Origin: Gemmatimonadales bacterium
GTDB lineage: Bacteria; Gemmatimonadota; Gemmatimonadetes; Gemmatimonadales; GWC2-71-9
DNA: 64,000 bases
NCBI GenBank assembly: GCA_025927545.1
Contig: JAICLE010000007.1
Coordinates: 384 to 64,383 of the forward strand
Direction of reading: 5' to 3'
Shown here: in pieces, positions 20,976 through 30,010 of the stretch
How the letters are laid out: each line of letters starts with the position of its first letter
How positions within the stretch are numbered: the first letter of the stretch is position 1
Notes under the pieces: generated by a model
Databases searched by the model: none
Told to the model about the DNA's origin: nothing
What the model saw: only the letters and a program-made list of their open reading frames with translations
Position numbers and translations under genes: made by a program

Positions 20976-21532
20976 TTCATCAGCCTGCCGCGGCCGCGGC
21001 GCTCGCCTTGGTGCTGATCGCCTTCGCCTGCTCCCGCGCGCCGGGTACGGGTGGCCCCGTGCCGAAAACCCTGGCCACGGGCACGTTCCACGACGCGGCC
21101 GGCGCGCGCACCGGTGTGGCCACGCTTACGGATACCGCGGGGATGCTGCGACTCGACCTCAGCGCCGGGCAGCTCTCGCCCGGGCCGCACGGGCTGCACT
21201 TCCACGCCGTGGGTGTGTGCACCCCGCCGGACTTCAAGTCCGCTGGCGCGCACTTCAATCCCGAGGGGAAGCAGCACGGCCGGCTCAACCCCGAAGGTCC
21301 CCACCTCGGCGACCTGCCCAACATTCACGCCGGCCCCGACGGCACCGTGGATACGAGCCTCACGCTCTCGCGCGACCTCATCGCATCCGGGCCGCGGGCG
21401 CTCTTTCAGGCGTCCGATGCCACGCCGGGCGGTGCCGCGCTCGTCATCCACGCGGGGCCCGACGATGAGCGGACCGACCCCAGCGGCAACTCCGGCGACC
21501 GGGTGGCCTGCGCCGTGCTCGAGCCACGCTGA
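20972..21532 (+). CDS. sodC: periplasmic Cu/Zn superoxide dismutase
   Basis: Inner ATG with an ATGA overlap at 20972-20975, followed by a signal peptide. Motifs HGLHFHAVGVC, GAHFNP, GPHLGDLPN and GNSGDRVACAVL. Confidence 0.92.
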   Translation: MIHQPAAAAALALVLIAFACSRAPGTGGPVPKTLATGTFHDAAGARTGVATLTDTAGMLRLDLSAGQLSPGPHGLHFHAVGVCTPPDFKSAGAHFNPEGKQHGRLNPEGPHLGDLPNIHAGPDGTVDTSLTLSRDLIASGPRALFQASDATPGGAALVIHAGPDDERTDPSGNSGDRVACAVLEPR

Positions 21533-22571
21533 GCGCGGCGTCCTGCTGACGTACCTCCTTCGCAGGACCGATCACGGCCTCTACTGTGAGGCCGGCGACT
21601 TCTTCATCGATCCCTGGACCGCGGTGGATCGGGCCGTCGTCACGCATGCCCACCGGGACCACGTGGCCTGGGGTTGCGGCGCCTACCTGGCCGCCGCGCC
21701 CGGGGTCGAGGTGCTGCGCCGGCGACTCGACCCGGCGGCTCGGATCCGCGGCGTGCCGTACGGCGAGGCTGTCGACATGGGCGGCGTCCGCGTGTCGCTC
21801 CATCCCGCCGGCCATATCCTCGGCTCGGCCCAGGTGCGGCTCGAGCACGAGGGGGAGATCTGGGTCGTCTCGGGCGACTACAAGACCGAGCCCGACCCCA
21901 CCTGCACGCCGTTCGAGCCGGTGCGCTGCCACACTTTCATCACCGAGTGCACCTTCGGGCTGCCGATCTACCGCTGGCCGGCGGCCGGCGGTGTGCTCGC
22001 CGATATTCACGCCTGGTGGCGCGCGAACCAGCTCGCCGGCAAGACCACGCTGCTGTTCGGCTACGCGCTGGGCAAGGCGCAGCGGCTGATCGCGGGCCTC
22101 GACCCGGCCGTCGGGCCAATCCTCACCCACGGCGCCGTGGAGCGGATGACCGCCGCCTACCGCGAGGCGGGGGTGCCGCTCCCGGCCACCACGCACGTCG
22201 CCGCATCCGACCGCGCCACGTGGAAGCGCGCCATCGTCGTCGCGCCGCCCTCCACGGACGGCTCGGCCTGGGCGCGCCGTTTCGGTGCCCAGGCCACCGC
22301 GCTCGCGTCCGGCTGGATGGCGGTCCGCGGCGCCCGCCGCCGAAGCGCGGTGGACCGGGGCTTCGTCATCTCGGACCACGTGGACTGGCCGCACCTGCTC
22401 GAGGCCATCGCCCAGACGGGCGCGGAGCGGGTCTGGGCGACGCACGGCTACACCGGCGTGCTTGAGCGCTGGCTCCGCGAGCACGGCATGGATGCGCTCG
22501 CGATCGAGACCCGCTACGAGGGCGAGCGCGACGATGCGGCGGCGGAAGCCGAAGAGGCGCCGCCTTCATGA
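21465..22571 (+). CDS. ligase-associated DNA-damage-response exonuclease (MBL/beta-CASP fold)
   Basis: Motifs GLYCEAGDFFIDPW..VDRAVVTHAHRDH, HPAGHILGSA, VSGDYK and ECTFG. Homology starts near 21543. Start candidates are ATG 21465 (68-nt overlap with sodC) or CTG 21543/21546. Confidence 0.85.
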   Translation: MSGPTPAATPATGWPAPCSSHAERGVLLTYLLRRTDHGLYCEAGDFFIDPWTAVDRAVVTHAHRDHVAWGCGAYLAAAPGVEVLRRRLDPAARIRGVPYGEAVDMGGVRVSLHPAGHILGSAQVRLEHEGEIWVVSGDYKTEPDPTCTPFEPVRCHTFITECTFGLPIYRWPAAGGVLADIHAWWRANQLAGKTTLLFGYALGKAQRLIAGLDPAVGPILTHGAVERMTAAYREAGVPLPATTHVAASDRATWKRAIVVAPPSTDGSAWARRFGAQATALASGWMAVRGARRRSAVDRGFVISDHVDWPHLLEAIAQTGAERVWATHGYTGVLERWLREHGMDALAIETRYEGERDDAAAEAEEAPPS

Positions 22572-24196
22572 AGGCGTTCGCCCGGCTCTACGATGCGCTG
22601 GACGAGACCACCAGCACGAGCGAGAAGGTCGCCGCTCTCGCGGCCTACTTCCGGGCGGCACCCCCGCGGGACGCGGCGTGGGCGGTGCACTTCCTGAGCG
22701 GCCGCCGGCCCAAGCGGCTGGTCGGCACCGGCCGGCTTCGCGCGTGGGCCGCGGAGGAGGCCGGCGTCCCCGAGTGGCTGTTCGAGGAGAGCTACGCCGC
22801 GGTCGGCGACCTCGCCGAAACGATCTCGCTCCTCCTTCCGGAGAATCCGGCATCCGGGGACCAGCCGCTGTCCTGGTGGGTGGAGCAGCGCCTGCTGCCG
22901 CTCCGCGGCCAGGACGAGGCGGCGCAGAAGCTGGAAATGCTACAGGCGTGGCGCGAGCTCGGCCGGCGCGAGCGCTATGTCTGGACCAAGCTCATCACCG
23001 GCAGCTTCCGGGTGGGCGCGTCGGCACGGCTGGTGGTCCGCGCGCTGGCGGAGGTGAGCGGGGTGGACGAGGGTACGATCACCCATCGTCTGATGGGCGC
23101 ATGGGAGCCGTCGCCGGAGTTCTTCGAGCAGCTGTTGGCGCCGGATACCCGCGACGCGGACGTCGGCCGCCCGTATCCCTTCTACCTCGCCTATCAGCTC
23201 GAGCGCGAGCCCGCCTCGCTGGGCGAGGCGGGTGACTGGCAGGCCGAATGGAAATGGGACGGTATCCGCTCGCAGCTCGTCCGGCGCGCGGGACGCACGT
23301 TTCTCTGGTCCCGGGGCGAGGAGCTGCTGAGTGGCCGGTTCCCCGAGGTCGAGGAGGCCGCCGCGCTGCTGCCCGACGGAACGGTGCTCGACGGCGAGCT
23401 GCTCCCGTGGTCCGGCGCGTCGCCGCTTCCTTTCGCGGAGCTGCAGCGGCGGATCGGTCGCAAGGCGGTGAGCCGGAAAATTCTGCGCGAGGTTCCGGTG
23501 GTGCTCGTTGCCTACGATCTGCTGGAGGAGGGGGCCCAGGACCTGCGGGGCCGGCCGCTGGCCGAGCGCCGCGAGCGGCTCGCGCGGCTCCTCGCCGGCA
23601 CCTCGTCCGGAGGACGGCTCGTGCTGTCTCCCGCGGTCGAGGCCGCCGAGTGGACGGGCATTGTCGCCGCCCGGGCCCGGGCGCGGGAGATGGGCGCCGA
23701 GGGACTGATGCTGAAGCGTCGCAGCAGCAGCTACGGCGTGGGCCGCCGGCGGGGCGACTGGTGGAAGTGGAAGGTGGACCCGCTCTCGGTGGACGCGGTG
23801 CTGATGTACGCCCAGCCGGGCAGCGGCCGGCGAGCAGGGCTCTACACCGACTACACCTTCGGCGTGTGGGACGGCGACCGGCTGGTGCCGTTCGCCAAGG
23901 CGTACTCCGGCCTCAGCGATGAGGAAATCCGCATGGTGGACGCCTTCGTCCGCCGCCACACGCTCGAGAAATTCGGGCCGGTGCGGACCGTCAAGCCGGA
24001 GCTCGTCTTCGAGCTGGCGTTCGAAGGCATTCAGCGCTCCACCCGGCACAAGTCGGGCATCGCGGTGCGCTTCCCCCGAATCGCGCGGTGGCGTGTGGAC
24101 AAGCGCGCGGAGGAGGCGGACACCCTCGAGCAGGTCCGAAGCCTGCTGGATGCCGGCCCGGCCGCCGGAGCCGTGCCCGGGCCAGGGACGTCTTAG
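22568..24196 (+). CDS. ATP-dependent DNA ligase (ligase-associated damage-response type)
   Basis: ATGA overlap with the exonuclease gene. Adenylation motif I EWKWDGIR; also LDGELL, GLMLKR and WWKWK. About 540 aa, with an N-terminal DNA-binding domain. Confidence 0.92.
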   Translation: MKAFARLYDALDETTSTSEKVAALAAYFRAAPPRDAAWAVHFLSGRRPKRLVGTGRLRAWAAEEAGVPEWLFEESYAAVGDLAETISLLLPENPASGDQPLSWWVEQRLLPLRGQDEAAQKLEMLQAWRELGRRERYVWTKLITGSFRVGASARLVVRALAEVSGVDEGTITHRLMGAWEPSPEFFEQLLAPDTRDADVGRPYPFYLAYQLEREPASLGEAGDWQAEWKWDGIRSQLVRRAGRTFLWSRGEELLSGRFPEVEEAAALLPDGTVLDGELLPWSGASPLPFAELQRRIGRKAVSRKILREVPVVLVAYDLLEEGAQDLRGRPLAERRERLARLLAGTSSGGRLVLSPAVEAAEWTGIVAARARAREMGAEGLMLKRRSSSYGVGRRRGDWWKWKVDPLSVDAVLMYAQPGSGRRAGLYTDYTFGVWDGDRLVPFAKAYSGLSDEEIRMVDAFVRRHTLEKFGPVRTVKPELVFELAFEGIQRSTRHKSGIAVRFPRIARWRVDKRAEEADTLEQVRSLLDAGPAAGAVPGPGTS

Positions 24197-24205
24197 TTTA
24201 CGGAC

Positions 24206-25027
24206 ATGCCGAACTATCTCTGCACCACCTGCGGCACGCAGTACCCCGACACCGCGCTGCCTCCCGACCAGTGCCTCATCTGTACCGAGGAACGGCAGTA
24301 CGTGGGCTGGCAGGGCCAGCGCTGGACCACGGTCGATGAGTTGCGCCGCGACCACCACAACCGGCTGGCCCCCGAGGGTCCCGGGCTCGTCGGTATCGGC
24401 ACCGAGCCGAAGTTCGCCATCGGGCAGCGCGCGCTCCACCTGCGGACGTCGTCAGGCGGCTTTCTCTGGGACTGCATCAGCCTGGTGGACGATGCCAGCG
24501 TCGCCGCCTTGCAGGCGATCGGCGGCGTCCGCGGCATCGCCATCTCGCATCCCCACTACTACGCCTCGATGGTCGAGTGGAGCCGAGCGCTCGGCGGCGT
24601 ACCGGTGTACCTGCACGCCGATGACGCGCAGTGGGTCGTCCGCCATGATCGGGCGATCGTCTTCTGGGACGGCGAGACGCGGGAGGTCGCGCCGGGTGTG
24701 ACCCTCGTTCGCTGCGGCGGGCATTTCGCGGGCGGGACCGTGCTCCACTGGGCGGACGGAGCGGACGGAGGCGGCGCGCTGCTCACCGGCGACATCATCA
24801 TGGTGGGCGAGGACCGCCGAACGGCCGGCTTCATGTACAGCTTTCCCAATTACATCCCGCTCAATGCCCGGGCGGTGGAGCACGTCGGCGCGATGGTCGA
24901 GCCGCTCGAGTTCGACCACGTCTATGGCGGCTGGTTCGGCCGCAACATCCTCGAGAACGGGAAGCAGGCGGTGCGCTACTCGGTGCGCCGCTACATCCAC
25001 GCGATCTCGGACCGTGGACAGCCCTGA
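24206..25027 (+). CDS. MBL-fold protein with an N-terminal Cys4 zinc ribbon and a degenerate metal motif
   Basis: CTTC-x13-CLIC at residues 6-26. It has ISHPHYY where MBL enzymes have HxHxDH; also CGGHFAGG and LTGDIIM. Confidence 0.8.
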   Translation: MPNYLCTTCGTQYPDTALPPDQCLICTEERQYVGWQGQRWTTVDELRRDHHNRLAPEGPGLVGIGTEPKFAIGQRALHLRTSSGGFLWDCISLVDDASVAALQAIGGVRGIAISHPHYYASMVEWSRALGGVPVYLHADDAQWVVRHDRAIVFWDGETREVAPGVTLVRCGGHFAGGTVLHWADGADGGGALLTGDIIMVGEDRRTAGFMYSFPNYIPLNARAVEHVGAMVEPLEFDHVYGGWFGRNILENGKQAVRYSVRRYIHAISDRGQP

Positions 25028-25166
25028 GGACGCGCCGCCTCCCCGCGGCGGCGGCGCGCTGGCGGTTGACCTTCGACGCGCCCGCGCCGCGCGCCGGAGA
25101 GCCGAGCGCGCTACGCGGGCCGCGGCACCTGCCGCGGGACGGCCGGCGCCCTCGCGCCGGTACCGA

Positions 25167-27695
25167 GTGTCCTGCGGCAACCGCGAGCCGCTCGAATGCG
25201 TGCGCGAGTGGTTCCAACGGCACGGCTGGAGGCCGTTCCCGTTCCAGGAGGAAGTCTGGCGCGCGTACCTGGCCGGCGAGAGCGGGCTCATCCACGCCGC
25301 CACCGGCACCGGCAAGACCTATGCGGCGTGGTTGGGACCGGTACTCGAATGGCTGCGGGACTACCCGTCCAGACCGCGCCGGAAGCTCGAGGCGCCGCCC
25401 CTCCGCGTCCTCTGGGTTACGCCGCTCCGCGCCCTGGCCGGTGACACCGAGGCCGCGCTCCGCGCGCCGGTCGAAGATCTCGGGTTGCCCTGGACGGTGG
25501 AATCGCGCACTGGCGACACGCCGGCCCGGGTGCGTGCCCGGCAGCGCGAGCGCCTCCCGACCGCGCTCGTCACCACGCCGGAGAGCCTGTCCCTCCTGCT
25601 CACCCGCGAGGATGCGAAGGACCTGTTCGAGCACCTCGAGCTGGTGGTCGTGGACGAGTGGCACGAGCTGCTCGCGTCCAAGCGCGGCGTGCAGACCGAG
25701 CTTGCCCTCGCCCGGCTGCGGCGGATCCGCCCGGGCCTCCGCACACTGGGCCTCTCCGCCACGCTGGGCAATCTCGAGGTCGCGCGCGACGCGCTGCTGG
25801 GCGTGACCGCGGACGGAACGCCCCGGCCCGGCCGCATCATGCGGGGCCTCGTGCCCAAGGCGCTGGAGGTGGACGCGCTCATCCCGGAGACGATGGACCG
25901 CTTCCCCTGGTCGGGACAGATCGGGCTTCGGCTGCTGCCGGAGGTGGTAGGCTCGATCGAAGAGGGGCGCAGCGCGCTGGTCTTCACCAATACCCGCGCG
26001 ACGGCGGAGATCTGGTATCAGGCGCTGCTGGCGGCGCGGCCCGATTGGGCCGGCATCATGGCGCTCCATCACGGCTCCCTCGACCGCGCCACCCGCGAGT
26101 GGGTGGAGGACGGTCTCCGCGACGGCCGACTCCGCTGTGTCGTCTGCACCTCCACGCTCGATCTGGGCGTCGATTTCACGCCGGTGGATCGTGTGCTCCA
26201 GATCGGCAGCCCCAAGAGCGTGGGCCGGCTGGTCCAGCGGGCGGGCCGGAGCGGCCACCAGCCGGGCGCCGTGAGCCGATTGACCTGCGTCCCTACCAAC
26301 GCGCTTGAGCTGGTGGACGTCGCCGCCGCGCGCGATGCGCTCGCGGCCGGACGCATCGAGGCGCGCCGGCCGGTGGAGCGGCCGCTCGACCTGCTGGCGC
26401 AGCACGCCGTCACCGTAGCGCTCGGCGGCGGCTTCCTTCCCGACGAGCTCTACGCGGAGGTGCGGACGACCTGGGCCTACCGCGGCCTCACCCGCGCCGA
26501 ATGGGCCTGGGTCCTCGACTTCATCACCCGAGGCGGCGACGCGCTCCGCGCCTACCCCGAGTACAGCAAGGTGGTGGTGGCCGACGGCCGCTACGTGGTG
26601 ACCAGCCGCGTGGTGGCGATGCGGCACCGGCTCTCGATCGGGACGATCGTGAGCGAAACCTCCATGAAAGTTCAGTTCGTCCGCGGCCGCACGCTCGGTG
26701 CCGTCGAGGAGAACTTCATCGCCCGGCTCCGCCCCGGCGACCATTTCACCTTTGCCGGACGGACACTGCAGTTCGTCCGGGCGCGCGGCATGGTCGCCTA
26801 CGTCCGGAAGTCCTCGAAGGTCACGTCCGTCGTGCCCCACTGGTCCGGCGTGCGGATGCCGATCTCGCCGCAGCTCGCCGTCGGCGTCCGTGCCAAGCTC
26901 GACGAAGCCCGGCGCGGGATCTACACCGGGCCCGAGATGGCGGCCGTGCGTCCGATCCTGGAGCTGCAGGCGGCCTGGTCGCGCCTGCCGGCGGCGGACG
27001 AGCTGCTGGTCGAGCGGGTGCGGACGCGCGAGGGGCACCACCTGTTCTTCTATCCGGTCGAAGGACGGCTGGTGCACGAAGGGCTCGCCGCGCTGTTTGC
27101 CTACCGCATCGCCCAGCTCGGCCCGATCTCGTTCACCCTCGCCGCGAACGACTACGGCCTGGAGCTCCTCTCCGCGGACGCCGCCCCGATCGAGGAGGCC
27201 ATCGAGGCGGGGCTCCTCTCGCCCGCGCACCTGCTGCACGACATTCCCGCCAGCCTCAACGCGGCCGAGCTGGCTCGGCGGCAGTTCCGCGAGATCGCGC
27301 GGGTGGCGGGGCTCATTTTCCAGGGCTACCCCGGCGTCAATAAATCGGCCAAACAGGTGCAGGCGTCGAGTGAGCTGCTGTACGACGTGTTTGCCCGCTA
27401 CGACCCGGACAATCTCCTGCTGTTCCAGGCGCACCGGGAGGTGCTCGAGCGGCAGCTCGAACAGAGCCGGCTCGCTCAGGCGCTCGAGCGGATTGCGAGC
27501 GGCACGATCTCGGTGGTCGAGGTCGAGCGGCCGACGCCGCTCGCCTTCGGGCTGCTCGTGGACCGCGCGCGCGAGCAGGTGAGCTCCGAAAAGCTGGCCG
27601 ACCGCATCCGGCGCATGGCGGCGCCCCTCGAAAAGGCCGCGGGCACCGCCCGCTTCGCCCGCGCTCCCAGCCGCGGCTTCCGGAGCGGCTCGTGA
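25167..27695 (+). CDS. ligase-associated DNA-damage-response DEXH-box helicase (Lhr-like)
   Basis: In-frame GTG at 25167 in ORF 24864..27695. Motifs WF.RHGWRPFPFQ, motif I HAATGTGKTYAAW, motif II VVVDEWHEL and QRAGRSGH. Confidence 0.9.
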   Translation: MSCGNREPLECVREWFQRHGWRPFPFQEEVWRAYLAGESGLIHAATGTGKTYAAWLGPVLEWLRDYPSRPRRKLEAPPLRVLWVTPLRALAGDTEAALRAPVEDLGLPWTVESRTGDTPARVRARQRERLPTALVTTPESLSLLLTREDAKDLFEHLELVVVDEWHELLASKRGVQTELALARLRRIRPGLRTLGLSATLGNLEVARDALLGVTADGTPRPGRIMRGLVPKALEVDALIPETMDRFPWSGQIGLRLLPEVVGSIEEGRSALVFTNTRATAEIWYQALLAARPDWAGIMALHHGSLDRATREWVEDGLRDGRLRCVVCTSTLDLGVDFTPVDRVLQIGSPKSVGRLVQRAGRSGHQPGAVSRLTCVPTNALELVDVAAARDALAAGRIEARRPVERPLDLLAQHAVTVALGGGFLPDELYAEVRTTWAYRGLTRAEWAWVLDFITRGGDALRAYPEYSKVVVADGRYVVTSRVVAMRHRLSIGTIVSETSMKVQFVRGRTLGAVEENFIARLRPGDHFTFAGRTLQFVRARGMVAYVRKSSKVTSVVPHWSGVRMPISPQLAVGVRAKLDEARRGIYTGPEMAAVRPILELQAAWSRLPAADELLVERVRTREGHHLFFYPVEGRLVHEGLAALFAYRIAQLGPISFTLAANDYGLELLSADAAPIEEAIEAGLLSPAHLLHDIPASLNAAELARRQFREIARVAGLIFQGYPGVNKSAKQVQASSELLYDVFARYDPDNLLLFQAHREVLERQLEQSRLAQALERIASGTISVVEVERPTPLAFGLLVDRAREQVSSEKLADRIRRMAAPLEKAAGTARFARAPSRGFRSGS

Positions 27696-28357
27696 CGGAT
27701 GCGCGGGTTCGACTCGCGGGCGAGGAAATCCTGCTGCTGCCCGAGCGCGCGCTGTTCTGGCCGCGCGCCGCCGCGCTCATTGCCGCCGACCTCCATGGGG
27801 GCAAGGCAGCCACGTTCCGGGCGGCGGGGATCCCCGTCCCGGCCGGCACCACGAGCGCCGACCTGGCGCGGCTGGACGCGGCCCTCGAGCGCACGTGCGC
27901 GCGCCGGCTCCTCGTCCTCGGCGACCTCTTCCACGCCCGCGCCGGCCGTGTGGCCGCGGGGACGCGGGCCGAGCTCAGGCGCTGGCGCGGACTGCACCCG
28001 AAGCTGGAGATCCTGCTGGTGCGGGGCAATCACGATCGCCACTCCGGTGACCCGCCTGAGGATCTTCGGATCAATTGCGTCAATGCGCCCGCGTTCGTGC
28101 CGCCCTTCATCCTCCGGCATGAGCCGACGGCCGCCGGCGAGGGCTATACCCTCGCCGGGCACATCCACCCCGGGCTCGTGCTGTCTGGTCCCGCGCTTCA
28201 GCGCGAGCGCCTGCCCTGCTTCCTCCTGAGCGAGCGTATGGCCGTCCTGCCCGCGTTCGGCAGCTTCACCGGTCTGGCCACGATCGAGCCGCGCGCGGGC
28301 GACCGCGCCTTCGTGGTGGCGGAGGCGGACGTGATCGAGGTGCGATCGGGAGACTGA
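27692..28357 (+). CDS. pdeM: ligase-associated DNA-damage-response endonuclease PdeM (metallophosphoesterase)
   Basis: GTGA overlap with the helicase stop. Motifs ADLHGGK, LGDLFH, RGNHD, GHIHP and LPAFGSFTG. Confidence 0.88.
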   Translation: MTDARVRLAGEEILLLPERALFWPRAAALIAADLHGGKAATFRAAGIPVPAGTTSADLARLDAALERTCARRLLVLGDLFHARAGRVAAGTRAELRRWRGLHPKLEILLVRGNHDRHSGDPPEDLRINCVNAPAFVPPFILRHEPTAAGEGYTLAGHIHPGLVLSGPALQRERLPCFLLSERMAVLPAFGSFTGLATIEPRAGDRAFVVAEADVIEVRSGD

Positions 28358-30000
28358 CGCCGCGGCACGATCCGGAAGACCTCATATTGGCCCTCACCCC
28401 CGATCGACTGAAGCGCGAGCCGGGGATCAGCCCAGATCCAGCTCCCGGTGAGGTGGTCGTGCCAGCCGATCCGCCGAGGGTCGTCCAGGAGGTGCACCCC
28501 GACATCCCGCAGCAGCCCGCGCACTCGCAGCATGACCGGGTTGTACGTCCAGCCGACGTAGTACAAAGGTCCGGACGAGCGATCCAGGGCGGGCATCGCG
28601 CCGATGTAGCGCGCGGGACCGGCCCATGCCTGATCCCCGGGCGGCATCTCGCCCCAGCGGCCCTGCGCCGTGTAGCGGGAGTTCGGCATGGCGCTCATGG
28701 CCAGCCGCACTCGCGCGTGCGGAAAGACGGACCGCAGGAAGGAGTAATCCGAGGCCCACGGGACGATGATCGTGGCGGATGGATGCTGCTCCGCCAGGTG
28801 GCCGACCAGATCGACCAGACTGGCCTGGTCGAGCTCGGAGGGCATGAACGGAATGACCGCGGCCCGGTCCACCAGCGCCAGGGCGGTCAGCCCCACGCCC
28901 CAGGCCAGCGCCCGCCGTCGCCCCGGCACCCGCGCGACGATCCGGCCGAGTCCCGTGGCGGCGACGATGGCAAGGGGGAGAATCGCCGGCGCGTAGTAGC
29001 GAGGCTCGTGCCCCACGAGATTGGGCAGCATCGTGGCGGCCAGCCACACCCAGGCCAGCCGCAGCATCGGAGGCCTCGGCCGACCGATCGCGAAGGGGAC
29101 CACCGCCGCGAACGCGCCCAGGAACAGCGCCAGCGCGGTGGCCCGTTCGAACAGCTTCGTGCTCGCGGCCACGGCGTCCGCGAGCAGGAGCACCCGCAGT
29201 TCGGAGCCGCCCAGGTAGTGGAGCACGCCCGCGTGCAGCGCCAAGGCCCCCGCGCCGACCAGCGTCGCTCGGCCAAGTACCTCCCGGGGACGGAACCGGG
29301 GGTCGCCGGCCGCGAGGAGGCCAAGAACGAGGCCCGCGAATCCCAGGACCACCGTCGCCCGGCAGAGCATGCCCACGCCGAGCCCCAGGGTAGTCGCCAC
29401 GAGGAGCAGTCGCTCGCCCCGCCAGGTGCGGGCCCTGACGGTGCGAAGAAAGGCCCAGCTTCCGAGCGTGGCGAGCAGCAGCGAGGGCACTTCCGACAGC
29501 AGCTTGTACGAGAGGTACTGGGTAACGGGGAGAAAGAGCAGCACCAGGGCCGCCCGGCGCGCCTCCGGTTCGTCCAGCAACTCCCGGTACACCCCCAGCG
29601 CCGCCGCCGCCGTGGCGAGCATCAGCAGCGCGTACAGTGCCTCGAGCACGAGGAGCGCACCTTGACCGGTGCCCACGATCCCGGCGACCATCCGGAGGAG
29701 CACGACGTGGCCGATCTTCCCCGAAAAGTATCCCTGCGGGAAGAGGTCGGCGGTCACGTCGAGCCGCATCAGCTCGCGCGGCGTGAACGTCGTGCTGGAA
29801 TAGAGGTAGAAGAATTCGTCCCAGTAGCGATGGGCGGTCCAGCTCAGCAGCAGAAACCCGGTGGCCGCGACGCCGGTGAGCACCCAATCCCGCTCTCTGC
29901 TGGTCAACTGTCGTCCTCGCCCCACGCGGCGGTGAAACGCAAAGCTGGCGCTCGCGTCCGAGCGGGTCGGTGACGCGCGGCACCATGTCCCTCTGAGCAC
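28198..30000 (-). CDS. GT-C-fold membrane glycosyltransferase (PMT/ArnT-like, GT39/GT83-type)
   Basis: About 10 hydrophobic helices, a first-loop YWDEFFY (DE motif) and a soluble C-terminal domain. The start is uncertain (TTG/GTG candidates near 29900-29930). The last 160 nt are antisense to pdeM. Confidence 0.7.
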   Translation of the reverse strand: MLRGTWCRASPTRSDASASFAFHRRVGRGRQLTSRERDWVLTGVAATGFLLLSWTAHRYWDEFFYLYSSTTFTPRELMRLDVTADLFPQGYFSGKIGHVVLLRMVAGIVGTGQGALLVLEALYALLMLATAAAALGVYRELLDEPEARRAALVLLFLPVTQYLSYKLLSEVPSLLLATLGSWAFLRTVRARTWRGERLLLVATTLGLGVGMLCRATVVLGFAGLVLGLLAAGDPRFRPREVLGRATLVGAGALALHAGVLHYLGGSELRVLLLADAVAASTKLFERATALALFLGAFAAVVPFAIGRPRPPMLRLAWVWLAATMLPNLVGHEPRYYAPAILPLAIVAATGLGRIVARVPGRRRALAWGVGLTALALVDRAAVIPFMPSELDQASLVDLVGHLAEQHPSATIIVPWASDYSFLRSVFPHARVRLAMSAMPNSRYTAQGRWGEMPPGDQAWAGPARYIGAMPALDRSSGPLYYVGWTYNPVMLRVRGLLRDVGVHLLDDPRRIGWHDHLTGSWIWADPRLALQSIGGEGQYEVFRIVPRRQSPDRTSITSASATTKARSPARGSIVARPVKLPNAGRTAIRSLRRKQGRRSR

Positions 30001-30010
30001 GGAAGCCAGA

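Noticed and set aside
24861-27434. 857-aa ORF on the minus strand
   Set aside because: It is antisense to the DEXH helicase, which has clear motifs (GTGKT, DEWH, QRAGRSGH). The product is Arg/Gly/Pro/Ala-rich with no recognisable domain. This is the typical stop-codon-poor antisense frame of GC-rich DNA.
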